From positions 176,149 to 240,148 of the forward strand of contig ADNK01002607.1 of the NCBI GenBank assembly GCA_000320545.1: DNA of 64,000 nucleotides, in the 5' to 3' direction. The DNA is from Bigelowiella natans CCMP2755 (Eukaryota; Protista; Cercozoa). The translations under genes and the position numbers were made by a program. The notes under the pieces are model-generated. The model was given only the letters and a program-made list of their open reading frames with translations. It was not told the DNA's origin and made no database searches. Positions 35,852 to 48,713 of this stretch are shown here, in pieces (position 1 is the first letter of the stretch; each line of letters begins with the position of its first letter).

Positions 35852-38492
35852 TCACACTCCCTGTGGCATCTTTCTTGATTGCTTTCTTGCTTTTATCGTG
35901 TCTTGTTGTCTTGTCGTGAGCAGTCCCTTCTACGAGCTGTGTTGGCCCCATTTGGCCGGAAGGACGACTCTCTGTCTGCTATTGTCGGTAAGTAGTCCCA
36001 ATAACAACCACAAATCAACACGACGGTGAATAAAATCAATATCTGTATTGGCTGACAATGATAGTGATAATGATGCCGATGATGATGTTTTTTAATGATG
36101 ATTTAATATTGGCACCACCCATCCAACGAAAAGGTGAGTCTCGATTCCCGTCTATTTCACGACGAAATTTGGAAGACAGGTAGCTATCACAACTAGTACA
36201 AGTTTAGCACACGACGACTTGTCATCGTTTCCTTTTCCTTTCGTCTCGCTCTTGCTTGTGAGTTGAGCTGGTGTATTTCTTCTCGTACATCTAGTATTAG
36301 CAGATGCAGATGTGGAAAGCAGTAGTTGTCGTCGTGATTCTCATGCTAAAATCATAGCAATATTCGCAATGCAATTGTGAGTTGGGTAAGAATAGATTTA
36401 ATCGATGATATCTTTATAGAGTTGAACGGCTGCAGCTGAATAGAAGCCAGAAGATTGCAGCTAAGCGGGCTATCACTTCACGTCTCACTCTTATTCAAGT
36501 AGAAGACTACCAATTTCTCCCCCCTCCCCACCTGTATACTATGTATCTTTGTTTCTTTATCACCACCACCACCACCATCATCATCATCATCGTTATCATT
36601 ATTGCTATCATCATGCATGCTAACAATCCAACCTGCCACAATCAATCAATCAATCAATCAACCAATCAATCAATCAACCAATCAATCAATCAACCAATCA
36701 ATCATCAACCGCTATGCTCTCCCAGGGTCCACCAGGAACAGGGAAAACCCATGTGTCGTGCACAATCATGAGAGAATGGTCTAGGATGGGCTTCAAAGTA
36801 ATGATAATGATGATGATAATGATGATGATAATGATGATGATGCAGAGCCGCAGTGGCACCAGCACAACAGTGAGTAGTAGTTGTAGTGTAAGAAGTAGTA
36901 GTAGTAGTAGCAGCAGCAGTAGTAGTACGACATAGTGATTGATTCATTGGGCACATCACGATGACAGGTGCTGGCGGTAGCAGGAACGAATGTCGCAGCT
37001 GATAACCTCGTAGAAGGTGCTCAGGATTGCTCAAAACATTTGCTTGTATTCGCTGTAGTAGTTGTCGTCGTAGTAGTTGTAGTAGTAGTCGGGTAAGGAA
37101 AGGGTTATTTGAGACTTCTGAATTTCTTTGCTGTGGATGCGGTATCAAATTTGCGATTATGATAATAAATAAATAAATAAATAATAGGCCTGGTTAAGCG
37201 TGGAGTGAGCGTGTTAAGAATGGGCAAGGTATTGCTTGATTCATGTGTATTTGTTACATATATCCATACAAGCACATTGTCATGTCACAACATCTATCTT
37301 GAACAAACAACGAATTGTATCTTTCATCCATCGTCGTTGATTGTCATTATGCGACACCATTTCCCCAGCCCGAATCGATTCGTCCAGAGCTGTTCAAGTA
37401 TTCCTATGATGGAGTGGATGTTTCAACGGCAGTGTATGTAGCTCAATCTGACATATTGCATCACAACAACTAACACAGCATCATCACTTCGCTGCAGCAT
37501 TAAGATTGTTTGTCATACACATCATCACAATGTGCTACTGCATCTTCTTCTTCTTCTTCTTCTTCTTCTTCTTCATCTTCCCAGTGACCAGTCAGAACGG
37601 TATCGTATCCGGATGAGAGCCATGAAAGTTGCAAGTGTAATAATATACCATCACAACAAACACTACAACCCAAACACCACAACGACTTCAAGTAGATTCT
37701 CCTTGCGATCTTCGACAAATAAATCATGTATGGTAATGTTTCTGCGACAATACTCCTTGTCGTAGATCGACAAAAATCACCTCTACATATGCTAAAAACG
37801 TAGTAGTAATAATAACGTATGAGTACGTTCTTATTATGATTATCATACATATATGTTGCTGCAGGTCATTTGCACGACATGTTCGGGGTCTGGATCAGAA
37901 ATGCTTGCGAGAACCAAGTTTAACGTGTGCTTGTGTGATGAGGTAGTAGTTAGTAGGTGTACGACTCACCACCACCACCATCATCATCATCATCACCACC
38001 ACCATTTATCAAGCAGTACGATGACGTTAAGAAAATGTTGCTGTAATGTAGTTATCATGATAATTTGTTATTTGCCGTGCGGGTGTGTGTGTTTGTGTAT
38101 TCGTGTGGGATGGATGAATAACCAACAGGCAACCCAGATAACAGAGACGGAAAATATCATGCCGCTATGCTTCGTATGTTAAGACATACAGACACGGAGA
38201 CGGGAACGGAGGGAAGGGGGGGGGGGGGGGCACGTGCGCATAATTTCGTTCTAAATCGTCATCTGTTATTGTGGCATTTGGGTGTTTGTTGTTAGTGCTG
38301 TCTGAATTAAGTTTATTGTTCTCTCTCTCTCTCTTTCTTTCTTTCTATTACAAAGGGGGTTGAGCAGCTAGTGCTAATTGGTGACCACTGCCAGCTTCCA
38401 CCAACAGTCAGCTCTGACCAAGTAAGAAGGGCAATGCATCATGCTACCATTAATCTTTACATATTTATCTATTCACGAGATGGAAAAACAAA

Positions 38493-38523
<31 letters not shown>

Positions 38524-38766
38524 GTCATGACGACGATGATCAGTGCTTCATTCAGCAGTAACGATGATCTTATCAACTTGATCACCATTAGGCCGAAAGC
38601 GAGGGCCTTTCCCAGCCATTCTTCACACGTCTTGTGCAAAACGGGGTCAGTAAGTTAGTAAGAAAGCAGCCGCATTCGACAGATTGAGTGGTGGTAAAAG
38701 AGGAGGATGATGGGTTTTTGTCTCAGGATATAATTATCATCCTTTGTAATTGAGAGAGAGAGAGAG

Positions 38767-38812
<46 letters not shown>

Positions 38813-39046
38813 GCATCAATAATGATAATTGTGATGGATTCTCAGGTTACTCCATGCTTGTTGGACACACAGGTAGCATACTCTGTGTTTGTGTGTTTGT
38901 GCGTGTGATAGTGTGTCATAGTGAGTGGTGGTTAAAGGTGGGTGCGGAAGAAGAGGGGGAATTCGTAATATTAAGATGGTGATATAGCTAAGTTAACTCT
39001 GCTGGCAAGAAGCTACTAAATAAATAATATTCGGAAGATGGTGGAG

Positions 39047-39086
<40 letters not shown>

Positions 39087-39806
39087 AGAAAAAGAAGGGA
39101 AATGCACAAAGAAAACAGCTCAGAAAAGCAGCCACTTGCCACTACTACTACTACCAGTACAGCATCTTCTCCTTCATATTCTTTTCTGTAAAGAAGAAGA
39201 AGAAGAAGAAGAAGAAGAGGAAGTGTGGAAAGTGATGGCGATGTGGTGGTGGGCAAAAGGCATTGCTGCTGCCATTGCTGCTGTGCTGCTGCTGCATACG
39301 TCGCTCAGTGGTAGATATCGAATGAATGGCTTGGATCTCGTCGCCTGCATTGTTTCTCTTTTTCTTCTTCTTCTTCTTCTTCTTCTTCTTCTTCTTCTTC
39401 TTCTTCCCATGAGAGTAGTAGTAGTAATATTCCATGGTAGTCAAAGAAGAAGAAGAAGAAGAAGAAGAACATGCTCCCCCCTGCTGCTGCTGCTGTGTAC
39501 CCATCCATCCAAACACTATCATCTCCAAACAGCAGCAGTCTCTTCCCTCCCTCCCTACCTCACGGTGTGGGTGTGTAGAAGAGCTGTATGTTGTGGTGGT
39601 GGAGATGGAGATGGAGTTTGGTGCAAAGGGAGAGGGGGTAGTCTTGTTTAAAGGAGAATAGAAACACTGCAGGCGATGAAGATGCCGTCATTCATAAAAA
39701 CGATCATCCGAAATAGAGAAAGACGGCAGCAGCCCAACCTTAGGGAAGAAAGGGGGGGGGGGGGGAGGATATCTGGAGAGAAGATCAAAAGAAAGAGGGA
39801 AAGAGA

Positions 39807-39852
<46 letters not shown>

Positions 39853-40340
39853 CAACAAGTGACGACACTATGGTGGAAGCACTTTGAACATCGATCATGT
39901 ATGTACTACACATTGCCACACCCCACATATATTATTGTGCTGCCTTGGTAGCACAATAGTCAGCACAATCACCACCATCACCGTCAAACAGCACTGCCTT
40001 CTCATCCACACCAATCATGCGTGCAGATGATTGCTGTATGTCGTTTATGGACAACGACGACGCCACTATGACGAATCGAGAGAGAAGAATGGGGGCGAAG
40101 AACATCAACTACATGGCAGCGATTGTACTGTCGCTGATAATATCAGTGATGATGATAATAATATCAATTCGACGAAAGTAACGTTGACCCCCCCCTCTCT
40201 CTTTCTCTCTCGATCGGTTATCAGAGGGTTGTTGTTGTTGTCCATACGCTAGAACTTACGCACTAGCCAACGACATTTGCAGTAGCAGCCACAGCAGCAT
40301 CTGTGTGCATGGGTGTGTTTGAATGGCGTGTTGTGTCGTG

Positions 40341-40375
<35 letters not shown>

Positions 40376-40742
40376 ACCTTTGTGCGTTTTTCCGTCAACT
40401 ACGGTGACGATACACATTTTCTCATTCATGAAGAGCCAGCACAAAATCCTAATGTTGATTATGCTTTCGTGGTTAATTGCTGGTCCGCTAGTACCGAATG
40501 CACCCAGGGATAAGCGAATTCCCCAACGACATCGTCTATGGAGGTTTGAAGCTTTCCTCAGTCATATCTGCACGATATATCATAGAGTAGCAGCATTTTC
40601 AACGAACAAGTAGCAGTAGTAGTAGTAGGTAATTTAGTGATTGTAAGCGAATCGGTTGTGAAGCTCCTACTACCTTGTCGTCGTTATTGATGATCATAGG
40701 CACTGTGCGAGATGGAATCACGGAATTCAACAGACCGGTAGT

Positions 40743-40775
<33 letters not shown>

Positions 40776-41218
40776 GTCGTCGTCGTCATCATCTCCGTCT
40801 TCCTCCACCACTACTGCTACTACCACTACTATATGCTATACGTGTACTACACCATCACGGGCAAAAGAGGCTGTTGGTTGTAGTCCCACTGTTGTTGGAG
40901 AATGTGTTGTTATAGAACTCATAAAACCCTCTTATCAACACTGTATAATGATCAGATTGCCCGTGATTTTCCTTGGCCAAATCCGAAATTACCGGTGGGG
41001 TTCTTCCCGTGCAACAGGACATACGAGGAAAGAGAAGGAAATTCATATCGAAACAGGTTATGAGCCTGTACCTGATCATCATCGATGCTAGATTGATCCA
41101 TCATCTATCTATCTGTCGTTGCCGATGACGAGTTTTGTTCATATTAACAGAGGTGAGGCTGAAAAGGTCTCTTGGGCAGTTGACAAGCTAAAGAGAGCAG
41201 GTAAGAAAAAAAATGGTT

Positions 41219-41253
<35 letters not shown>

Positions 41254-42169
41254 ACTAAAATACCAACAAAGATATAAAAAGTGTTGATGGTTTTCACTTT
41301 CTGCTCTAGGCTTCCGAACAGAAGAAATCGGTGTGATAGCTGGCTACTCAGCACAGGTTATTCATTCTTGTGATTGATGATCTACCATCCTCATCATCTT
41401 CTTCTTCTTCTTCTTCTTCTTTTCCCTCTCTTCTACAATCAAGGTAAGGTATTTGAGGAAGATGTTGGCTGGAGTGGAGGTATCTTCCGTTGATGGCTTC
41501 CAAGGACGAGAAAAAGAGGCCATCATCATTTCTACAGTCAGATGCAACTCCGGTCACAAATAACAAACATAATAACCACATCGCAGTCTTCTCCATAAAG
41601 AAAGCAATATGCGCCATAGAAATGTAACATTCTTTGTTGTTTGTTTGTCATAAGAAGTTGAAATCTAAACCGTCTGCCTTCTGATATTCTTATCTTCACT
41701 TTCCCTCTTCCCCTTTCTTTGTGCACAGTCGGCAATGTTGGGTTTTTGAAGGACTGGAGACGTGTGAATGTTATGATGACGAGAGCAAAGTGATAGTTAC
41801 ATTGTGGACACAACAACAACAACAACTACTACTACTACTACTACTTCTACTTCTTCAACGACGATGATGCGATTATTTTTTTATTATGGTCCAGTTTTTT
41901 GACATTATCTTCAAATCCCCGTCTTGATAAGCACCTAGCAATAAATCATATCGATGTTTTAGTGCTGACTGCTGGCAATGCTGTGTGTAGGTCTGCACTG
42001 ATTGTGATTGGTAACTCTGCGACGTTGGCAAATGAGAAAGCAACATGGATTCACTGGCTAGCTTGGGCAGGGGAACGAGGTGTAATTGACGGAATGAAAA
42101 AGGTCACTCACTCACTCACTCACTCACTCATCATCCTGCGAGAAGGAAGTGGATTTGCAGGAGGCTGCT

Positions 42170-42208
<39 letters not shown>

Positions 42209-43254
42209 TTATTTTTTACCACCAAAATGAATGAATGAATGGAACGGCAGAGCCAAAGTCCTTACGGCACCTACGAGAAGAAGCTGGTGCAAAAGAGTGG
42301 CATTAAAAGGCTGGAAGAAGAAGTAACATAATACGTTATTTACATACTGCTTTGCTGTCGTATGTCGAAGCAAGAGTCTATATTATTAACACTATTGCCT
42401 TCCTACTCTCCACCGTGATAGTAGTACCATCATGACGTGGGCTGATAGTGTAATAAATAATAATCTTGACTACATGCAGTGCATATACGTGTCGTCGTCG
42501 TCATAATGAGAGAAGTATTATTATGTATTCATTGTTGTCTGTCGTTGAAAAGGCTGCTCGTATGGGGTCATCAATTTCGAATGAACCCAATAAAGAGATT
42601 GCCGCCGTCGCCCAACCAAGGGCACAAGAAGCCCAGTACCCAAACCCTCCATCTTCAACTACTACTGTTCCTCAAATAAATACCACCACGCCTGCAACAA
42701 CGACGCCGTCGTCCAACAACTACCAAACTTCCCATTATTACCAATACAACAGTAGCGGTTCCTATCAGCAGCAGCAATACCAGCAGCAGTACCAATATCA
42801 GCAGTACCAATACTATCATCAACAGCAGTTGCATCAGCAGCCTACTGCTACTACTACTTCTGCTACTACTACTTCTGCTCCACAGGGTGGTAACTATCAG
42901 GTTCCTCGTGGCTACTATCCCCAACCACCTCCAACGACAACGACGACGGTAGCATACAGTGTGAACACCTCTCACCACCACCACCAGCAGCACCAGCAGG
43001 CTCTATATCAAGGTTCTGATAGAAAGTATAAGGCTGCACCTACTACAACCAGTACTGGCTACGATGGTAAGGATGGGGGGGGGCATCGGAAACGAAGCAG
43101 AGACGATTATGATGATCGTGGCGGACGAAGTAGTAGTCGTCGCCGTGATGGTGGTTCCCGTGATGGTGATGATAGATCAAGAAGATACAGTAGCAGTAGA
43201 AGCCGCGATGACTACGGTAGTGGGGGTGGGAAAAGATACAGAAATGCATACTAA
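30790..43254 (+). CDS. Superfamily 1B (UPF1/SMUBP2-like, AAA_11 + AAA_12) RNA/DNA helicase with low-complexity regions near both ends; many small exons
   Basis: Q motif LNRSQKIA, Walker A LIQ/GPPGTGKT, TNVAADNL, VICTTCSGSG, Walker B CDE/ATQ, LIGDHCQLPPTV, LDTQ/YRMHPGIS, VSSVDGFQGREKE, VGFLKDWRRVNVMMTRAK. Start MAGF/GASGAWW at 30790; last exon is Q/Y/T-rich then R/D/S-rich; stop TAA 43252-43254. Confidence 0.92.
34647..34708 (+). repeat. 31-bp tandem duplication of a 5' splice site
   Basis: gtagttagtgcgacgaataatagtagattaa followed by gtagttagtgcgacgaataattgtagattaa (1 mismatch), starting at the donor after FCEGDIV. Confidence 0.9.
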
Positions 43255-43703
43255 ATAGATCGACACGCTAACAACACTGCTTGTGTTGATACATGCTGTA
43301 TTTGGTTCCGTATGCATACGTCACATAAAACATGCTGTTATTATCTTAGTAGTGGGAAGCAGAAATCGAAAGATGCATGCTAGCATGTGGTAGGTATGCA
43401 AGTATGGCTCCGCCATGGCATGGCAGTTCGATTCATGTTTGCCAGCAGTAGCACTTGCTAGCTTGGAGCGCTGCATTAATTAGGCATGAAAAGGATGTGT
43501 ATGTCAAAGATCCGCAGCAGCGCCAATAACAACAATACATACATCGATGTGGCGACATATATGGTGCAAGCCATTATTTTCAGGGTATTCCCAAGGAAAA
43601 TGAAACAATTTTGATCGAGGTTATACTGTACAGATCGCATCATCCACATCTCAAGAAAATGAGGAATCTAAAATATACATCTTTTGCGCAAGAGAAAACT
43701 GGT

Positions 43704-44804
43704 TTAGTTTTTCCTGAGGGGAAAGGAACCAGCACATCTGGTGATGGCTCTTTTCTGAGATAATCTGCGGTCATGGTCAACCCTACGAGCAGTTTTTGAA
43801 ATCATTCCCTTGCCTCCCTCGCGTTTCTTTGCGCGAAGTCGTCGGAGTAATTCGACGCGACGCGTAGGAAAAGGTCGTGATGATTGAGCTTGAAGCACGC
43901 CTATTCGTTTGTTCATGTTGTTTGCTTGTAATTGCAATCTATGAGTACGTGCTATGGCTCTTGCCTTTTCTCTTTCTGCCAAAATGGCACGAGCAACTGC
44001 TGTTTCAAGCTGCTGACGAAGACGAGCCACAGATTCCATAGCATTATCCCGCTCACCTTCAATTTTTCCTTCACGTTTTAGGGCTTGTTTCAACTCCTTC
44101 TGGAGGCGCATAGCTTCTGACCGAACCGACTCTGTAATGGGACAAAGTAAGAAAGGACTGGTGGTAAGGGTTAGGGGATGCCTTTGTTACCTTGCTCCTT
44201 CTCGCCAATGTTGCTTGAATCTCCCTCTACATCTTCTTCCTCTTCTACTCTTGACCAAGTTGAGTCAACGCTGGTCCAAGTGGAATCAACAGATTTGTCA
44301 TCTCTGTCATCATCTTCTTCCACAAAATCCTAAGAGCAAGTGATAACATCCGTTCAAACAAAGTACAGTACCCTTATAAAATGTACCTTTTGCTCTTCCT
44401 TTTTATCAGCTACATTATCAACATCCTGCAGAGGGGAGGAAGAACTAGGGAGAAGTTCCCACTCGTCGTCCGATTGCATCAGGGCAGAGGTTTTTAACGA
44501 CGTCCACCTGCTCCAGCTTTTCACTTTTCAATACGAAAAGCAATCGGATAATACTTATGTGACATGAAATATTTGTTGTCGCTCTTGTAAATTGAGATGT
44601 GGTTTACCGGTAACTACAGCTTGTAGTTCTTCTCGTGGAAAGGTGCAAGAAATTTCCTCGAAGAATACACGAACGTCCAGAAATACTAAAAAACGCTCTT
44701 TTGTGTCGTTAGTTGCAATAGGCCCCTATTTGTTCAGGGTTTCCAGCTCTGAGATATTAGTTCCGAAATATGGTAAATCTTGGATGATTTTTATCTTACG
44801 ACAT
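43704..44804 (-). CDS. Hypothetical coiled-coil protein (about 5-6 exons; start uncertain)
   Basis: Last exon has heptad-like MRLQKELKQALKREGKIEGERDNAMESVARLRQQLETAVARAILAERE. Upstream acidic exons DVDNVADKKEEQK and DFVEEDDDRDDKSVDSTWTSVDSTWSRVEEE are bounded by GT-AG. No family recognised. Confidence 0.55.
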
Positions 44805-44961
44805 GATTTATTCGATGTCGTCATTGTCGAAAAAGAAGGAAGACAACCTCGGAAAAAGAATACGTCCAGGTCGGAAGCACGAACTCGATTCCTTGCCGAG
44901 CAAACCATGTGGAAGAAAGGAAGGAGGAGGAAGAAGAAGAAGGTTGATGTTGAACAATTCC

Positions 44962-46905
44962 ATGGCCGAATATGAGCTAGCCACACACGCGTGATTTCAC
45001 TTAGGGCATAGATAGATATGCGCTATGTTTTCATTCCATAACAGAAGATGCACGAGATTCTGGAGAGCTGTGAGTGTTGTGTGTGTGTGTGTGTGTCTGT
45101 GTATGCGTGTTTCTTATCAAAAATGAACTAAGAATTAAAGTTGGGCATTCGTTCCCTCATCATATGACGAATATAAAGGCCGTTGCACCAGCATTTGAGT
45201 CGCCATTCTTCAAAGATTTCTACCCCAAGTCGGACACGGGCTATGTTGGCCTCACAAACGAGGTGCAATCAGCATATTACGTACACATGATAAATGCGAA
45301 AATGTATGATCATACTGATGATGGTGATGATGGTGATGATAACACAATCTGGTTTCCACACTCAATCAGCTGTGCCCTATGACATCGAAATTGACTTTTT
45401 TTCCTCGCAGAATTTCTTCACAATACGTATTTTTGCTTCTTCTCCTCCTTCTGCTCTAGGGATCAACTTGTTACCTCAATAGCTTCCTACAAACATTAGT
45501 TGCTTTGCCTCACTTCCGACAGGTTGTCATACCAAATTAAAACCACAGATGTAGCCTCGATTGCGCCTCTATTCGAATTCTTTGAACGAAGAACGTATGA
45601 TAAGAAATTGTAAGCTTCACCATCAATCAGGTTATCTTCTCTCAAGAAAATAATAGCGATGGCAAGAGCAAGGCAGTGCCTACAACCAATAATGCGAGCA
45701 ATCGCCAAATTCAAACTCAATTGGCGCTCCTATTTGCCCGCTTAAAGTTAAGGTGCTGCTGCGCATGAGTGTGTGTATATTGATCTTTGTTTTAAGTTTG
45801 ATTTTCGTAGCGAAATGGGTGCTATTTCAACAATGCCATTGTGCAAATCCTTCGGGTAATTCAATTCACAACAAAACTCATATACTGATCGATCATACTG
45901 ACGATCGATCATACTGACGGTATTATCGATTGTGGTGACTTCACATCCTTACGCTATCATTAGCATCCGTGTAAGCATCGTACTTCGGCACCTAATATCT
46001 ATCGTCACTGTCGTCGTAGTCGTCATCATGATCATTACCATGAATGATCGTTACAAGCTCTCTTCTGCTCCCTCTCCACTTGTTCCTCCTCGCCTACTAT
46101 GGTTTATTAGGTGGGACAGAGCGTCTATGTTTCGCCAGCATGACGTGCAGGAACTCTACCACGTCTTGAATGTGCGACTATTTGCTGTTAGCAGTGAACA
46201 AAAAGAAGAAGATGATAATGTCTATTCTAAGCCAGCAAAAACGAGAATTATCCGTCAGTATGTGCTCGTCATATTTTCTGCTATTTTCACCTTGTTTGTC
46301 TTTCTCGCGTTTTCTTATTCCATCGTGATGTGATGATGATCTTCCTAATCGCTGTACTCCAACTTGTTGTTCACTAGAGGAGCCTTCGATGTCAAAATAA
46401 GGACCTAGGGCCACATTTGGACAATATCTTCTTCGGGAAGATGTATGTATATACAGCTTGATTTGTCGCGGTGGAATAATAAATGAGTTGGTTCATGAGA
46501 ACTGAACAACACGAGTTTACGCATCTTCATCATCACAACAGTGCTGTCAAGTCGGATATTTCTCTTTGTTGCTGATTGATACTCCTTCCTTCCTGCTTTT
46601 CCCTCTACGTATTATGTCCCAGGGAGACTACCATGAAATGTACAACATGCAGTTCCAAGAGAGAAAAGGCAGTGCTCACACACATCCTCCCTCCTAGAGA
46701 GACTGGGGGGGAGGGAAGAAGGAAAAGTAAAAGCATTTGCGTTTTGATGAAAGAAGAGAAGGCAAAGAATCTAAGTATGGTCATGGTTTGCTAAGCTAAT
46801 CAAGGTTTGATATGTGTCGCTGCAGGTGGAAGCTTTTTCCGACTTATCCCTCGTTGTCAAAGGGTGATGATAATACCAGCAATAGTAACTGTTAGGCGCA
46901 ATATG

Positions 46906-46936
<31 letters not shown>

Positions 46937-47783
46937 CAATACTACTACCAATACTACTACCTCGGCCATTTAACCAAGATATCAAGGACGACACGGATGC
47001 GAGTATCTGCCACATTCTGATATATTGTTATCATCTTTATTACCAAGGTTTGGTCATCTCGAGGAGTCTCTGAAGGCCTTCACAGCAGAAGAAGTATGGA
47101 TCATGATGAGTCACGTCGCTAGACACTCATAACAATTAGTAGATTAGTAATTTGATTGTCATTTAACCAAAATATTCTACTACTACTACTCATTAGCGAC
47201 TGGAAGGAGAAAATGCTGTGATGTGCTCTATATGCGGAGGCAAACAACCATGTATGTTCTCCGATGATCAGCATCATCATCATCAACAACAACAACAACA
47301 ACCATCGTCACTTTATTATCTATAGTATTTTCCACCGATTATGTCTGTCATTGGTCATCTTCTCCACCATTTACCGTTGAAACTACCGTCATAGTAGCAG
47401 CAAAACCGATGATGTGTGATTTTCATGCTGATTTCTTTTGCATCAGATATACGAAAGACGGCCTTCAAAGAGCTTCCAGAAGTAGTTGCTAGCGCGCCAG
47501 CAATCACTGCAAAATAAAAGAAAGAGAAGCAAGAAGATAAATGCTCAATAATGCCATCAGCATCGTAGTTATCTTATCATCATGAGCGCTTCTCCATCAT
47601 AATTCAGGTGTTAGTAATTCAACTCAAGCGATTTGGGTAAGATAAGACACGTGCACAAGGCATTATTTTGGTTTCAGTTTTGACAGTTACGAATAGGAAG
47701 AGTAATCTGGCAATGATGACGATGATGATGGCGATGAAGAAGAAGATGATAATTATAACTGTTAAGGGTGATTGATTGTCTGC

Positions 47784-47815
<32 letters not shown>

Positions 47816-48654
47816 ATGGTTCCTCCTGTTAATAAAGGTGGGATTTCTCGAATGGACGAGGGAAACGAGTGAAAAATGAGGTGATTCTTCTTCTCCTATA
47901 ACCGTCTTCCTCCATCATCCTCATCATCTTGCATCATCATCATCATTGCTATTGCTGTGACAACACTCCCTCCTCTCTTGGTTTCTCTTGCTTGCAAAGG
48001 ACCGCATGGAGATTCCCTATGAGCTTCTTGTCGCAGCATCTAGTGATAAAAATGATGATGATGATGATGCTAATGATGCCAAGATGAAGAAATATCGAGC
48101 AGTCTCTGTGCTGATGCATAGGTATATTATCATCACTATTGTCATCATTAGCAGCAGCAGACGCAAAAACAGTGGTGTCATCATCATCATCAGTACACTA
48201 CTTTCTACACTATAACAATTGCCACTTCACGATGATGCCTTTGCTCACAGCGGCCTTGCTGCTACAGGGCACTACTATGCTTTCGTTCAACCAAAGGTGC
48301 TAACAATAATTACACACACACACACACACACACACACATAGTAGATTAACAATACCAATACTAGGAGGAATGCTAAATCAACGTTGTGTATGATTTACAT
48401 CCATATGTGGCGTCTCGTAATCTTTTTATAATGGTTGTGGTACTGCTACTTGCTGCTGCTGCTGCTGCTGCTACTACTATTACAAATGGTAAGGGACGGG
48501 GATCAACATGGTGCCAGTTTGATGACCACAGAATCACACAAATGTAATAGTAGTAGTAGTAGTAATAAGAATAATAATAGTTGCACAATAAACACATAAA
48601 GGTAGAGTTGTGTTGAAGAAGCAGAATATGCTACCTTCGATAATGGCATCAGAG

Positions 48655-48713
<59 letters not shown>

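Noticed and set aside
46668-46680. Possible GC-AG donors (here and at about 25313)
   Set aside because: In both cases a nearby GT donor also preserves the frame, so this is undecidable without cDNA.
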